From assembly GCA_047602425.1 (NCBI GenBank), contig JASGHG010000001.1, forward strand, positions 3,616,001-3,680,000: a stretch of 64,000 nucleotides of DNA. The letters are read 5' to 3'. This DNA is from Nibricoccus sp. GTDB lineage: Bacteria > Verrucomicrobiota > Verrucomicrobiia > Opitutales > Opitutaceae. The stretch's first letter is position 1. Every line of letters starts with the position of its first letter. Shown here piece by piece: positions 1 through 10,434 of the stretch. A model generated the notes under the pieces. The model saw only the letters and a program-made list of their open reading frames with translations, had not been told where the DNA came from and made no database searches. A program made the position numbers and the translations under genes.

Positions 1-165
1 GGCAGCGAAGGCGCTTACGGGTGGGGTAGTGCGTACTATCCGCAATACCTCGTCGACCCAAAGGAGAAGCTCGTGATGTTCTTCATGACACAGCTCATGC
101 CGGCCGGAAGCTATACGCTCAACCAGCGTTTCAAGGTGCTGACTTACCAAGCGCTGATAAAGTGA
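1..165 (+). CDS. C-terminus of a serine hydrolase (beta-lactamase family), 5'-partial
   Basis: Frame +1 reads [34 protein letters not shown]...QALIK-TGA. This resembles the 'GWGG...vDP...v..TQ' C-terminus of class C-like serine hydrolases. Confidence 0.7.
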   Translation, partial: GSEGAYGWGSAYYPQYLVDPKEKLVMFFMTQLMPAGSYTLNQRFKVLTYQALIK

Positions 166-367
166 GTAGTCGGAGGTCGCTTTTCTCACTGTTGCGGACC
201 GTTCGTGCGTCTTGTCTGACGTGTGACAGACGATTGTCTCATGGCACATTTTTGACTGCAAATTGTGTCAAACTGGCGCGTTTTTGCGCCTTCGGAAACA
301 GCGCGATTTCGCGCTTAAAAATTGTTAGAGTTTATTTGAAAACAGTTTAAGTGAAGAGTCGGCCTCA

Positions 368-383
368 AGGCACGTCCATTGCT
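368..383 (+). promoter_or_regulatory. Candidate sigma-54 (-24/-12) promoter of dnaK
   Basis: AGGCACGTCCATTGCT matches TGGCACG-N4-TTGCW, with exact GG-N10-GC spacing (GG 369-370, GC 381-382). Confidence 0.5.
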
Positions 384-394
384 GAAGCAGGGGC

Positions 395-2335
395 ATGAGT
401 CGCATTCTAGGTATCGATCTTGGCACCACAAACTCCTGCATGGCCATCATGGAAGGTGGCGAACCTGTGGTTATCCCTAACGCCGAAGGCGCGCGCACCA
501 CTCCGTCGGTCGTCGCTTTCACGAAAACCGGCGAACGTCTTGTAGGCCAGGCCGCGAAACGCCAGGCCGTCACCAATCCGAGCAACACCATTTTCTCGGC
601 CAAGCGTTTGATCGGTCGCAAATTTAACGAAATCCAAAAAGAGGCCGCTGGTTTCCCCTTCAAAGTCGTCGAAGGCAAAAACAGCGACGCCTACATCGAA
701 GTTAAAGTCGGTGACAAAACCGAACGCTTCGCTCCCGAACAAATTTCGTCGTTCGTCCTCGCGAAAATGAAGGCCGACGCCGAGGCCTATCTCGGGGAAA
801 AAATCACGCAGGCCGTCATCACCGTTCCCGCTTATTTCAACGACGCGCAACGTCAGGCCACCAAGGACGCGGGCAAAATCGCCGGTCTTGAAGTGATGCG
901 CATCATCAACGAGCCGACCGCCGCGTCGCTCGCTTACGGTCTCGACAAGAAGAAGGACGAAAAAATTTCCGTCTTCGATCTCGGTGGCGGTACGTTCGAC
1001 GTTTCCGTGCTCGAAATTGGCGACGGCGTCTTCGAAGTCAAAGCCACCAACGGCGACACGCACCTTGGCGGTGACAATTGGGACGAGGCCATCATCACCT
1101 GGCTCGTCGACACTTTCAAAAAGGAAAATGGCATCGATCTCCGCAAGGACCCGATGGCCCTCCAGCGCCTCAAGGAAGAAGCTGAAAAAGCCAAGATCGC
1201 TCTCTCCTCTACCCAGTCCGTAGATATAAATCTTCCCTTCATCACGGCAGACGCTTCCGGCCCGAAGCATCTGAACGTCCAGCTCAGCCGCGCGAAGATG
1301 GAGCAGATCTGCGAATCGCTCTTCGAACGCTGCCTTCAGCCGTTCAAGAACTGTCTCAAGGACGCCAATCTCTCTTCCTCGCAAATCGACGAACTCGTTC
1401 TCGTCGGTGGCATGACCCGCATGCCTAAGGTGGTCGAAATCGCCAAACAGCTCGGCGGCAAACCGCCGCACCAGGGCGTCAATCCCGATGAAGTCGTTGC
1501 CGTCGGCGCGGCCATCCAAGGTGGCGTGCTCAAGGGCGAAGTCCGCGACGTGCTCCTCCTCGACGTCACTCCGCTGACGCTCGGCATCGAAACCGCTGGC
1601 CAGGTTGCCACGCCGATGATCCCGCGCAACACCACGATCCCGTCGAAGAAGACGCAGGTGTTCTCCACTTATTCCGACAACCAGCCCGGCGTCGAAATCG
1701 TCGTCCTCCAAGGCGAACGCCCGATGTCGCGCGACAACAAAACGCTCGGCACGTTCAAGCTCGACGGCATTCCGCCGGCGCCGCGCGGCGTTCCGCAGAT
1801 CGAGGTCACTTTCGACATCGACGCGAACGGCATCCTCCACGTTTCCGCCAAGGACCTCGGCACTGGCAAGGACCAGAAAATCACCATCCAAGGCTCGTCC
1901 GGCCTCTCCAAGGAAGAGGTCGAGAAGATGACCAAGGAAGCCGAACTCCACGCCGCCGAGGACAAAAAGCGCAAGGAAGCCGTCGAAACCAAGAACCAGC
2001 TCGACAGCTCCATCTACCAACTCGAAAAAGCCATCAAGGACGCGGGCGACAAACTCCCCGCCGACAAGAAAGGCCCGATCGAGTCCGCCATCGCTTCCGC
2101 GAAGAAGGATCTTGAAACAAACGACACCGACAAGATGAAGGCTGCCCTCGAAAATCTTTCGAAACTTGGCGCCGAACTCTATGCCGAAGCCCAGAAGGCT
2201 CAGCAGGCCGCGGGTGCGGCCGGCGCCGAAGGTCCTTCCGCTGGCCCCGCGCCAGAGGGCGCGAAGAAAACCGAGAAGAAGGCCGACGTGGTCGATGCCG
2301 ACTTCGAAGTAGTGGACGACGACAAGAAGAAATAA
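395..2335 (+). CDS. dnaK: Molecular chaperone DnaK (Hsp70)
   Basis: [37 protein letters not shown] and GVNPDEVVA motifs; 646 aa. Confidence 0.99.
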   Translation: MSRILGIDLGTTNSCMAIMEGGEPVVIPNAEGARTTPSVVAFTKTGERLVGQAAKRQAVTNPSNTIFSAKRLIGRKFNEIQKEAAGFPFKVVEGKNSDAYIEVKVGDKTERFAPEQISSFVLAKMKADAEAYLGEKITQAVITVPAYFNDAQRQATKDAGKIAGLEVMRIINEPTAASLAYGLDKKKDEKISVFDLGGGTFDVSVLEIGDGVFEVKATNGDTHLGGDNWDEAIITWLVDTFKKENGIDLRKDPMALQRLKEEAEKAKIALSSTQSVDINLPFITADASGPKHLNVQLSRAKMEQICESLFERCLQPFKNCLKDANLSSSQIDELVLVGGMTRMPKVVEIAKQLGGKPPHQGVNPDEVVAVGAAIQGGVLKGEVRDVLLLDVTPLTLGIETAGQVATPMIPRNTTIPSKKTQVFSTYSDNQPGVEIVVLQGERPMSRDNKTLGTFKLDGIPPAPRGVPQIEVTFDIDANGILHVSAKDLGTGKDQKITIQGSSGLSKEEVEKMTKEAELHAAEDKKRKEAVETKNQLDSSIYQLEKAIKDAGDKLPADKKGPIESAIASAKKDLETNDTDKMKAALENLSKLGAELYAEAQKAQQAAGAAGAEGPSAGPAPEGAKKTEKKADVVDADFEVVDDDKKK

Positions 2336-2426
2336 TTTTCGTGAATTTGCGCGAACCGGTTGGCAGAGCCCGCCGGTTCGCGTCGTTCCTGAAAGAACAA
2401 CACCTCCTCAACCCAAACTAAATAAT

Positions 2427-2723
2427 ATGGCTAAAGTTAACATCAAACCCATCGGCGACCGTGTTCTCGTGCAACACATCGAAGAGAAGGAACAAGTCCG
2501 CGGCGGGATCATCATTCCCGACTCCGCCAAGGAAAAGCCCCAAGAGGCCAAGGTCATTGCCCTCGGAACCGGCAAGAAGGACGAATCCGGCAAGCTCGTG
2601 GCTTTCGAGGTGAAAGTCGGCGACAAGGTGCTCATCAGCAAGTACGGCGGCACCGAAGTGAAGATCGACGGCGAGAAGTTCACTCTCGTCCGCGAAGACG
2701 ACATCCTCGGCGTCATCGCCTGA
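2427..2723 (+). CDS. groES: Co-chaperonin GroES
   Basis: [23 protein letters not shown] and REDDILGV motifs. Confidence 0.99.
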   Translation: MAKVNIKPIGDRVLVQHIEEKEQVRGGIIIPDSAKEKPQEAKVIALGTGKKDESGKLVAFEVKVGDKVLISKYGGTEVKIDGEKFTLVREDDILGVIA

Positions 2724-2776
2724 GCTTAACGAACCAGTTACTTAAACCTAAATCTCAGACTTAAACTTTTAAGAAT

Positions 2777-4408
2777 ATGCCTGCTAAACAAATCATTTTC
2801 GACGAGACAGCCCGTCAAAAGATCCTCAAGGGCGTGGAGCTCCTCTCCAAGGCCGTTAAAGTCACCCTCGGACCCAAGGGCCGCAATGTCGTCATCGACA
2901 AGAAATTCGGTTCTCCGACCGTCACCAAGGACGGCGTGACCGTCGCGAAGGAAATCGAGCTTCCGGACGCTTACGAGAACATCGGCGCCCAGCTCGTGAA
3001 GGAAGTCGCTTCCAAGACCTCCGACGCTGCCGGCGACGGTACCACCACCGCCACGGTGCTCGCCGAGGGCATCTACCGCGAAGGCCTCAAGAACGTCACC
3101 GCCGGTGCCAACCCGGTTTACCTGAAGCGTGGTATCGACAAGGCTGTTGAAGCCGCCGTTACCGAACTCGCCAAAATCTCCAAGAAGGTCAGCGAAAGCG
3201 AAGAGATTCGCCAGGTTGCCGCCGTGTCCGCCAACTGGGACTACGAGGTCGCCGACAAGATCGCCGAAGCCATGGACAAGGTCGGCAAAGACGGCACCAT
3301 CACCGTTGAAGAAGCCAAGTCCATCGAAACCACCCTCGACGTCGTCGAAGGCATGCAGTTCGACAAGGGCTATCTCTCTCCCTACTTCTCAACCAACGCC
3401 GAGACCCAGGAAGCCGTCCTCGAAGACGCTTACATTCTGATCCACGAAAAGAAGATCAGCAACCTCCAGGAATTCCTCCCGATCCTCCAAACCACCGCCA
3501 AATCCGGCAAGCCCCTCCTCATCATCGCTGAAGAGGTCGAAGGCGAAGCCCTCGCCGCGCTCGTGGTCAACAAGATCCGTGGTACCTTGAACGTGGTTGC
3601 GGTCAAGGCTCCTGGCTTCGGTGATCGCCGCAAGGCCATCCTCGAAGACATCGCCGTCCTCACTGGTGGCAAGCTCCTCTCCGAAGACCTCGGCATCAAG
3701 CTCGAGAACGTCCAGATCAGCGACCTCGGCCGTGCCAAGCGCATCGTCGTCGACAAGGAAAACACCACGATCGTCGAAGGTTCGGGCAAATCGTCCGACA
3801 TCCAGGGCCGCGTGAAACAGATCCGCCGCCAGATCGAGGAAACCACCTCCGACTACGACCGCGAGAAGCTCCAAGAGCGCCTCGCGAAGCTCGCCGGTGG
3901 CGTTGCCGTCATCAATGTCGGCGCCGCGACCGAAGCCGAAATGAAGGAAAAGAAAGCCCGCGTCGAAGACGCGCTGCACGCGACCCGCGCAGCCGTTCAG
4001 GAAGGCATCGTCGCCGGTGGTGGCGTTGCTCTCCTCCGCACCGCGAAGGCGATCGAAGCCCTCAAGCTCGAAGGCGACGAAGCCCTCGGCGCCGCGATCG
4101 TTCGCCGCGCGATTGAGCACCCGCTCAAGCAGCTCTGCACCAACGCTGGTGTTGACGGTGGCGTTGTCGTCAAGGAAGTCCTCGGCGGCAAAGCCAACTT
4201 CGGCTACAACGTCGCGACCGACAAGTACGAGGATCTCGTCAAGGCCGGCGTCGTCGACCCGACCAAGGTGACCCGCACCGCTCTGCAGAACGCCGCTTCG
4301 ATTGCCGGCCTCTTGCTGACGACCGAAGCGATCATCGCCGAGATTCCCGAGAAGAAGGAAGCTCACGCTCCCGCCCCCGGCGGCGGCATGGGCGGCATGG
4401 ACTACTAA
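2777..4408 (+). CDS. groEL: Chaperonin GroEL
   Basis: [22 protein letters not shown] and [10 protein letters not shown] motifs; GGM-type tail. Confidence 0.99.
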   Translation: MPAKQIIFDETARQKILKGVELLSKAVKVTLGPKGRNVVIDKKFGSPTVTKDGVTVAKEIELPDAYENIGAQLVKEVASKTSDAAGDGTTTATVLAEGIYREGLKNVTAGANPVYLKRGIDKAVEAAVTELAKISKKVSESEEIRQVAAVSANWDYEVADKIAEAMDKVGKDGTITVEEAKSIETTLDVVEGMQFDKGYLSPYFSTNAETQEAVLEDAYILIHEKKISNLQEFLPILQTTAKSGKPLLIIAEEVEGEALAALVVNKIRGTLNVVAVKAPGFGDRRKAILEDIAVLTGGKLLSEDLGIKLENVQISDLGRAKRIVVDKENTTIVEGSGKSSDIQGRVKQIRRQIEETTSDYDREKLQERLAKLAGGVAVINVGAATEAEMKEKKARVEDALHATRAAVQEGIVAGGGVALLRTAKAIEALKLEGDEALGAAIVRRAIEHPLKQLCTNAGVDGGVVVKEVLGGKANFGYNVATDKYEDLVKAGVVDPTKVTRTALQNAASIAGLLLTTEAIIAEIPEKKEAHAPAPGGGMGGMDY

Positions 4409-4439
4409 GTCCAAGCCAATTTCTATCGCCAAAAACTTC

Positions 4440-4473
4440 AACGGTGCCGCAGAAAACGCGGTGCCGTTTTTTT
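4440..4473 (+). terminator. Rho-independent terminator after groEL
   Basis: Hairpin aacggtgccgc-agaaaac-gcggtgccgtt (with G-U pairs) followed by a T run. Confidence 0.7.
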
Positions 4474-4500
4474 GTGCCTCTGGCAAGCGGTTCGTCTGAG

Positions 4501-4612
4501 GGTAGGATGGGCTATCCTTGACCCGCCGTGTTGTCTTCTGGCGGTTTTAAAAGGTAGGGCGCGACCGCCGGGCGCTCGAGGATCAAAGTAGGGGCAATGC
4601 TCCTATTGTCCT
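4501..4612 (+). repeat. Three tandem GTAG-type REP-like units
   Basis: ggtaggatggg (4501), ggtagggcgcg (4553) and gtaggggcaatgctcc (4588). The last shares 16 nt with the element at 39374. Confidence 0.6.
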
Positions 4613-4630
4613 CAATGTTTTGGTTCCTTT

Positions 4631-5209
4631 TTAGGGATGAACTCTATTGTTTGGTGGTATGGCGCTCGGTGATAGTGCAGTTTCAGTGTTAGACTCCAGC
4701 TGCGTAGGCCGCTCATAGAGTTTCACCACTGACAATATCTTGTCATAGAGGCGCTGCGCCTCCGCTGTAGCTAAGGTTTCCGTCTGTCTGTTCGGTAAAG
4801 GGTCGACAGCCATATGAAAACTTATGCTTGAGTTTTCAAACTCCGCATCAGGCAAACTAGGCTTTGCAGCGTTTTTGTATTCCTCTAAGGCTTCTTTTGT
4901 GAATTTATTCGTTCTCAGCTTCTCACGGATTTTTTCACTTTCTTTGTAGTTTTTCTTCCACTGCGCAGGATCGATGTGGGGACTGAAGTAGATATTAATG
5001 AGAAATACAAAGCGCGCGGATTTGCGGAAGGAATCAGACGGTTCGATCTTAACGCAGGAGATCGAATCTTCATCGGAGCCTATGGAAACAATATAGTCTG
5101 GGCTAAATAGCGGTTCCAACTTTTGCTTTAACTTTGCCTTTTCGGAGGTCGAATCCGCTAGGGCTATGCACGTAAGGCATCCAAACAGAAAAAGGATCAC
5201 AGTTTTCAT
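4631..5209 (-). CDS. Hypothetical secreted protein, AT-rich
   Basis: ORF with signal-peptide-like start MKTVILFLFGCLTCIALA at ATG 5209; no family recognised. Confidence 0.6.
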   Translation of the reverse strand: MKTVILFLFGCLTCIALADSTSEKAKLKQKLEPLFSPDYIVSIGSDEDSISCVKIEPSDSFRKSARFVFLINIYFSPHIDPAQWKKNYKESEKIREKLRTNKFTKEALEEYKNAAKPSLPDAEFENSSISFHMAVDPLPNRQTETLATAEAQRLYDKILSVVKLYERPTQLESNTETALSPSAIPPNNRVHP

Positions 5210-5415
5210 TTCATTCCGAAAGCGATGTTTAGCAGCAAATTTGAGGTTCCCGACTGATACAATTCTCTCCTCAAGATTATTGCCGTGACGCTCGGCGAGC
5301 AAGGGGGAACACAGCCGGGGAGAAAAATAGAGACTCTGCTAATTCGGTTTTTTCCACTTTCTTCCGTCTTGATAAATGACGGACTTCAATCATATCTTTT
5401 CAGCCTTTGTTACCC

Positions 5416-6732
5416 ATGAGCCTCGTTGAAAAGATCAAACAAGCCGGTGTTGTCGGTGCTGGTGGCGGTGGTTTTCCCACCCATGTGAAGTTTGCCGCCA
5501 AGGTCGACACCGTCATCGCCAACGGTGCCGAGTGCGAACCGTTGCTGCACAAGGACGCGGTCGTCATGGAACGTCAGGCGCAGGAAATGATCCGCGGCAT
5601 GCAACTCGCGATGGAAGCCGTCGGCGCGAAGGTCGGCATCGTCGGCATCAAGGCGAAGAACAAGCACGCTGTCGAAGCCGTTGAAGCCGCTTGCGCTGGC
5701 ACTGCGGTGCGCGTGCATCTGCTCGGTGATTATTATCCGGCGGGCGACGAATACGATTTGGTTTATGAATCCACCGGTCGCTTGATTCCGCCGGGCGGCA
5801 TTCCGCTCAACGTCGGTGCGGTCGTCTGCAACGTCGAGACCTACGTCAACATCGCCGCTGCCGCCGAGGGAAAACCTGTCACGCATAAAACGCTCACCAT
5901 TGCCGGCGCCGTGCGCGAACCGATGACGATCACTGTTCCGCTCGGCGTCACACTTCGCGAGTGCATCGCGCTAGCTGGGGGTGCAACCGTTGCTGATCCC
6001 GTGCTCGCCATCGGCGGCATGATGATGGGCGAGACGACCGACAATCTCGACCGCCCCGTGACAAAAACCACTGGTGGCGTGATCGTGCTCGCGCGCGACC
6101 ATCACGTGGTGGAACGCAAACTGAAACCCGCGCCGCAACAAAACGCCATCGGTAAATCCGCGTGCGATCAATGCCGCTATTGCACGGAGCTTTGCCCTCG
6201 TTTCCTCCTCGGCTACGCCGTCGAACCGCACCAGGTCATGCGCACGCTGGCCTTTACTGCGACCGGCGCGGAGCGTTTCAATGATTGGGCGGCGATGTGC
6301 TGCTCATGCGGACTCTGCACATTGTTCTCGTGCCCCGAGGAACTTTTCCCGAAGGAAGCCTGCGACCAATCGAAGGCCGAACTGCGCAAGAACAACGTCA
6401 AATATTCCGGTCCGACGACGGTTGAGGTTCATCCCATGCGCGACGGCCGTCGCGTACCGATCAAGAGCCTGATGTCGAAGCTCGATATCGCTCAGTACGA
6501 CGATCCCGCGCACTTCCAGGCGAAGGAAATTTCCTCCAAGCGTCTGGTTCTTCCGCTCAAACAGAGCGCTGGCGCTCCGTCCGTCGCTATCGTGAAAACC
6601 GGTGACCGCGTTTCCGCCGGACAACAGCTCACCGAAATCGCGGAGAAGGCGCTCGGCGCACGCCTCCATGCACCAGTGGCTGCGACCGTCGCCGAAGTGA
6701 CCGCTCAAGCCATCGTCCTCGACCGGGCCTGA
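5416..6732 (+). CDS. PduS/RnfC-like flavin and 4Fe-4S protein (microcompartment-associated)
   Basis: AGVVGAGGGGFPTHVK and NGAECEPLL motifs, an SLBB region, CDQCRYCTELCP and CCSCGLCTLFSCP clusters, and a C-terminal sandwich domain. Adjacent to a BMC shell gene. Confidence 0.85.
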   Translation: MSLVEKIKQAGVVGAGGGGFPTHVKFAAKVDTVIANGAECEPLLHKDAVVMERQAQEMIRGMQLAMEAVGAKVGIVGIKAKNKHAVEAVEAACAGTAVRVHLLGDYYPAGDEYDLVYESTGRLIPPGGIPLNVGAVVCNVETYVNIAAAAEGKPVTHKTLTIAGAVREPMTITVPLGVTLRECIALAGGATVADPVLAIGGMMMGETTDNLDRPVTKTTGGVIVLARDHHVVERKLKPAPQQNAIGKSACDQCRYCTELCPRFLLGYAVEPHQVMRTLAFTATGAERFNDWAAMCCSCGLCTLFSCPEELFPKEACDQSKAELRKNNVKYSGPTTVEVHPMRDGRRVPIKSLMSKLDIAQYDDPAHFQAKEISSKRLVLPLKQSAGAPSVAIVKTGDRVSAGQQLTEIAEKALGARLHAPVAATVAEVTAQAIVLDRA

Positions 6733-6760
6733 CCCGCGAACCCCGAATTTTTCCACGCGT

Positions 6761-7312
6761 ATGACCGAAAACTCCATTGGCATGATCGAAATGTCCAGCG
6801 TGGCCGCTGGCTTCCTTGTGGCGGATACGATGCTCAAAGCGGGCAACGTGAAACTCTATTTGTCGCGGTCGATTTGTTCGGGCAAGTACATGGTGCTCGT
6901 TGCCGGCGATACCTCGTCCGTCGAGAGCGCAGTCTCAAGCGGCGCCGAAGCGGCCAAGGGCGTGATGATCGACAAATTTGTCATCTCGAACATTCATCCC
7001 GACGTGTTGATCGCGCTCGGCCGAACCAATGTCGTCCCGCCAGAAGGCGCGCTTGGCATTTTGGAATCCTTCAATGTTGCCACGCTCATTCGCGCCGCCG
7101 ACGCCGCGGCGAAAAGCGCGAGCGTGCAACTCCTCGAAGTTCGCCTCGCGATGGCCTTGGGTGGCAAAGCCTTTTTCACCATGACCGGCGATGTTGCCTC
7201 CGTGCAAGCCGCCGTGGCCGCTGGTCGCCGCCTGATCGGCGAAGCCGGCATGCTGGTAAACGCCGTCGTCATCCCGCGCCCGCACCCGAACGTTTACCGC
7301 GAGATGGTGTAA
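6761..7312 (+). CDS. Tandem-domain BMC shell protein, PduT-like
   Basis: Two BMC domains (IGMIEMSSVAAGFLVADTMLK; ALGILESFNVATLIRAADAAAK...GGKAF). SICSGKY has a Cys at the position of the PduT Fe-S ligand. Confidence 0.9.
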   Translation: MTENSIGMIEMSSVAAGFLVADTMLKAGNVKLYLSRSICSGKYMVLVAGDTSSVESAVSSGAEAAKGVMIDKFVISNIHPDVLIALGRTNVVPPEGALGILESFNVATLIRAADAAAKSASVQLLEVRLAMALGGKAFFTMTGDVASVQAAVAAGRRLIGEAGMLVNAVVIPRPHPNVYREMV

Positions 7313-7556
7313 GTGCGGTAAAGCTCGGATTTGCTGATCAAGTGCCGGACAATGAAACTGAGCTTCGTGCCCTTTGCGACAGGTAGAGACGTTGAACAAA
7401 AAGCAGTGGTCCTTCGTGCGTCCTTCCCCTCGCGAGAATTACCGTCTTAGGCGAAATCCAGGCATTTTTCAGAGCGCCGCGAGGGTTTATCCACGGAATT
7501 TGCTTTCTTTCAGCGGAGCATCACAAACTCTGCGGGCGCGAGCGGTGCCAAACAGT

Positions 7557-7632
7557 TTGTCATCTATTGGATGACGAGAGTCTTTTAGACAATTGCACCT
7601 GCTCAGTGCGCTTGTCATTCATTAGATGACAA
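7557..7632. repeat. Pair of 21-bp palindromes (GTCAT-N7-ATGAC core)
   Basis: ttgtcatctattggatgacga (7557-7577) and ttgtcattcattagatgacaa (7612-7632). The same motif occurs at 51660 and 51858. Confidence 0.8.
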
Positions 7633-7743
7633 GGGGTTGGAGGTAGCGATAGGGTAGGAGGCGGAGTATTGAAATTGGAAATGGTGAGAGGACGTTATGT
7701 GGCGCGAGCTTGCCGATGGGCTGGGACCGCGTTTGCTGGGCGG

Positions 7744-8526
7744 ATGGAAGTCATTTTTCTCGGCACTGGTACTTCGCAGGGCGTTCCGTTGATCGCGTGC
7801 GATTGCGTTGTCTGCAGGTCTACCGATCCTCGTAATAAACGCACCCGCGCCAGCATCCACGTCGTGATGGATGGGTTGCATATTCAGGTTGATGCGGCGC
7901 CGGAATTCCGGCTCCAGTGTATCCAGAATTCTGTGACGTGGGTCGATTTGTTTATCCTGACGCACGGGCACGCGGACCACGTGGCGGGCATGGACGACCT
8001 GCGGCGATTTTGCGATCTGCTGGGCGGAAATGCGCTTCCAGTGTACTCCACGGAGGAGGGGCTTGGGCGCGTGCACGCCATGTATCCTTACGCGATCATG
8101 GAGCGACCGGTGGTCAAAGGTTATCCCGCATTCAAACTAAAACCCATGCCCGCGAAACTGGAACTGGCGCAGGGGACCGTCGAATCGACGTTGCTGCCGC
8201 ATGGTGGCGTGAATACTCTGGGCCTGGCCTTCACCGAACGCAGCAGCGGAAAAAAGTTCGTGTATTACACCGATTGCAAAAACGTCCCGAGCGAAGCGAC
8301 TGCTCTCGCCAAAGGTGCGGAAGTCGTGGTCCTCGACGGCCTGAGATATGAAGCGCACCCATCGCATCTCAGCGTCAGCGAGGCAGTCAATACGGCCCGA
8401 CAAATCGCTGCTCCTCAAACCTACCTGACGCATATGACGCACTTTTTAGATCACGAAAAAGATGGGGCGAAGCTTCCGTCGAAAATCGCTTTTGCGTACG
8501 ATGGTTTGCGCATAAATCTGAGGTAA
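7744..8526 (+). CDS. MBL-fold metallo-hydrolase, PhnP-like
   Basis: FLGTGTSQGVP, CDCVVC, THGHADHVAG, YYTD and LTHMTH motifs. Confidence 0.92.
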   Translation: MEVIFLGTGTSQGVPLIACDCVVCRSTDPRNKRTRASIHVVMDGLHIQVDAAPEFRLQCIQNSVTWVDLFILTHGHADHVAGMDDLRRFCDLLGGNALPVYSTEEGLGRVHAMYPYAIMERPVVKGYPAFKLKPMPAKLELAQGTVESTLLPHGGVNTLGLAFTERSSGKKFVYYTDCKNVPSEATALAKGAEVVVLDGLRYEAHPSHLSVSEAVNTARQIAAPQTYLTHMTHFLDHEKDGAKLPSKIAFAYDGLRINLR

Positions 8527-8663
8527 CAAGCGCCGCCGTATCCTTGTTAAGTTACACTAAGAAAGGGAGTAATGTTCCTTTCTTAAGTTCGGGTAAAGGA
8601 GGCGGATGGAAAAAATAAAAATAGGGCTTGCGCTTTGTTTTACGGATATTCTTATAAAAACAA

Positions 8664-8690
8664 CTAAGTATAGTAAACAAATAGGAATAA
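8664..8690 (+). promoter_or_regulatory. Candidate Rrf2/CymR-like operator upstream of the sulfate operon
   Basis: ctaagtatagtaaacaaATAGGAATAA. A related site with TAGGAAT lies at 20189-20215, upstream of rrf2. Confidence 0.4.
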
Positions 8691-8693
8691 GCC

Positions 8694-8897
8694 ATGGCCG
8701 CCAATCTTCTCCCAAATGCATCTGAAGCCACTACCCCCGAATGGCTGCAACTCGTCCGCGGCAAAGTTGAAAGCCTCCGTTACGGGGTGGTCCAGATTGT
8801 CGTCCACGACAACCAAGTGACTCAGATCGAGCGTACGGAAAAGACGCGCTTCGATTCCGCAAAGCACGAACTGCTCCGTCCTCACACGAGCATCTGA
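8694..8897 (+). CDS. YezD/OscA family small protein (DUF2292)
   Basis: LRYGVVQIVVHDNQVTQIERTEKTR signature; it heads a sulfate-uptake operon. Confidence 0.85.
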   Translation: MAANLLPNASEATTPEWLQLVRGKVESLRYGVVQIVVHDNQVTQIERTEKTRFDSAKHELLRPHTSI

Positions 8898-8975
8898 AAA
8901 TTTTGCCTACCGATTCGAATCGGAGGTCGCCACGAACCGAACCAGTCAACTGGACCACAGCTCACTACCATATAC

Positions 8976-10400
8976 ATGACCTCTCTTCTCAGATCCAAAA
9001 CTCGTTCTGTGCTGGCCTTGGCTTTGCTTGCGACGGGATTCACTGTTGTTCGGGCCGACCAACGCGACGAAGAAATCCAGACGCTGCGCGAACAAATTCG
9101 CCAGCTCGACCAAAAGCTCCGCGTCATCGAACGCAAGCAGGAGCTCAAAGACGAAGACTCCGCGGCGAAAGCCAAGACGACCGCTTCCGTGACCGCTGGT
9201 GCGGGCGGCTTTGCCATCACTTCGGCCGACAAGTCCTTTGATCTCAAATTGAAGGCACTCGCGCAGTTCGATGCCCGTTTCTTCCTCGACGACGGCGCGG
9301 CCAATCGCGACGCCTTTCTCCTGCGCCGCACCCGCCTGATCTTTAGTGGCACCGTCGCGGGTATCTACGACTTCAACATCACGCCCGAACTAGGTGGTGG
9401 AACCAACAACACCACGACCGTCGCTCTCTGGGACGCTTTTATTGCCGCTCGATTCAGTCCCTACCTCGGCCTGCGCGCGGGTAAATTCCCCTCGGCCGTA
9501 GGACTTGAGCCTGGCTCGAATCGTCACTTCATCGAATCGCCATTCCCGAATACGCTTTTGCCGAACCGCGATCTTGGTGTCGAAGTCTTCGGCGCGGCCG
9601 GCGGCGGTTTGGTCGAGTACCGTCTCGGCGTTTTTAACGGCGTGGCCAACAACACGACCAACTTCGGCGGTGCTTCCGCTGATTATGCCGACGGCGACAA
9701 AACCCTCGCGGGTCGCCTGACCGTCGCGCCTTTCAAATCCGTCGACGGTGTGATTTCAAAACTCTCCTTCGGTCTCGGCGCCAGCCGCGGCAACGAAAAA
9801 GGTGTGGCCGGCACGAATCTCTCGAACGGTCTCTCGAACATCACGAGCAACTCGCAACAGGCCATCTTTAGTTATGGAGCCACGCTCTACGCGAACGGCA
9901 CGCACACCCGCATCAGCCCGAGCGTCGAATGGTATACGGGCACGCCTTTCAGTTTCGTCGCCGAGTACGCGCTCGAAAAGCAAGACATCGCCGTTAATGC
10001 CGCCGGACTTACGCGATCCTTCAAGAACTCCGCTTGGCGTGCCAACGTCGGCTGGGTTCTCACGGGAGAAGAAGGCGCGAAAGCGGGTGTTACTCCTAAG
10101 AACGCGTTCGGCAAGGATGGTTGGGGCGCCTTCGAACTCGTGGCTCGCGTGAGCGGCCTCGAACTCGACAACAAGCTCTTCCATGCCGTTTCGGATGACG
10201 GTGCCGGCCTCAGCCGCGTGACCAATGCCACGGGTGCCATCGCCTACGGCGTCGGCCTCAACTGGTACCTCAACCGCAACTTCCGTTTCCTCGTGAACGC
10301 GGAACAGACCAAATTCGACGACGCCAAAACTCCGACCGCGCAGCCTGGCGCGCAGGACGACGAACTCGCGATCATCACCCGCCTCCACCTCAGCTTCTGA
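8976..10400 (+). CDS. OprO/OprP-like anion-selective porin
   Basis: Signal peptide, N-terminal coiled coil, [23 protein letters not shown] and GLNWYLN motifs, terminal Phe. Confidence 0.85.
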   Translation: MTSLLRSKTRSVLALALLATGFTVVRADQRDEEIQTLREQIRQLDQKLRVIERKQELKDEDSAAKAKTTASVTAGAGGFAITSADKSFDLKLKALAQFDARFFLDDGAANRDAFLLRRTRLIFSGTVAGIYDFNITPELGGGTNNTTTVALWDAFIAARFSPYLGLRAGKFPSAVGLEPGSNRHFIESPFPNTLLPNRDLGVEVFGAAGGGLVEYRLGVFNGVANNTTNFGGASADYADGDKTLAGRLTVAPFKSVDGVISKLSFGLGASRGNEKGVAGTNLSNGLSNITSNSQQAIFSYGATLYANGTHTRISPSVEWYTGTPFSFVAEYALEKQDIAVNAAGLTRSFKNSAWRANVGWVLTGEEGAKAGVTPKNAFGKDGWGAFELVARVSGLELDNKLFHAVSDDGAGLSRVTNATGAIAYGVGLNWYLNRNFRFLVNAEQTKFDDAKTPTAQPGAQDDELAIITRLHLSF

Positions 10401-10434
10401 GCCGAACAACCTAAACACTCTAAACATTTTCGTC

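Noticed and set aside
241..290. Possible CIRCE or additional sigma-54 sites upstream of dnaK
   Set aside because: The TGGCAC...GTGTCA spacing does not fit CIRCE, and the other GG/GC pairs lack the N10 spacing.
407..4486. Long antisense ORFs over dnaK and groEL (similar ones lie over cox1, rhaI and GH106)
   Set aside because: These are shadow ORFs expected from biased GC-rich codon usage opposite well-conserved genes.
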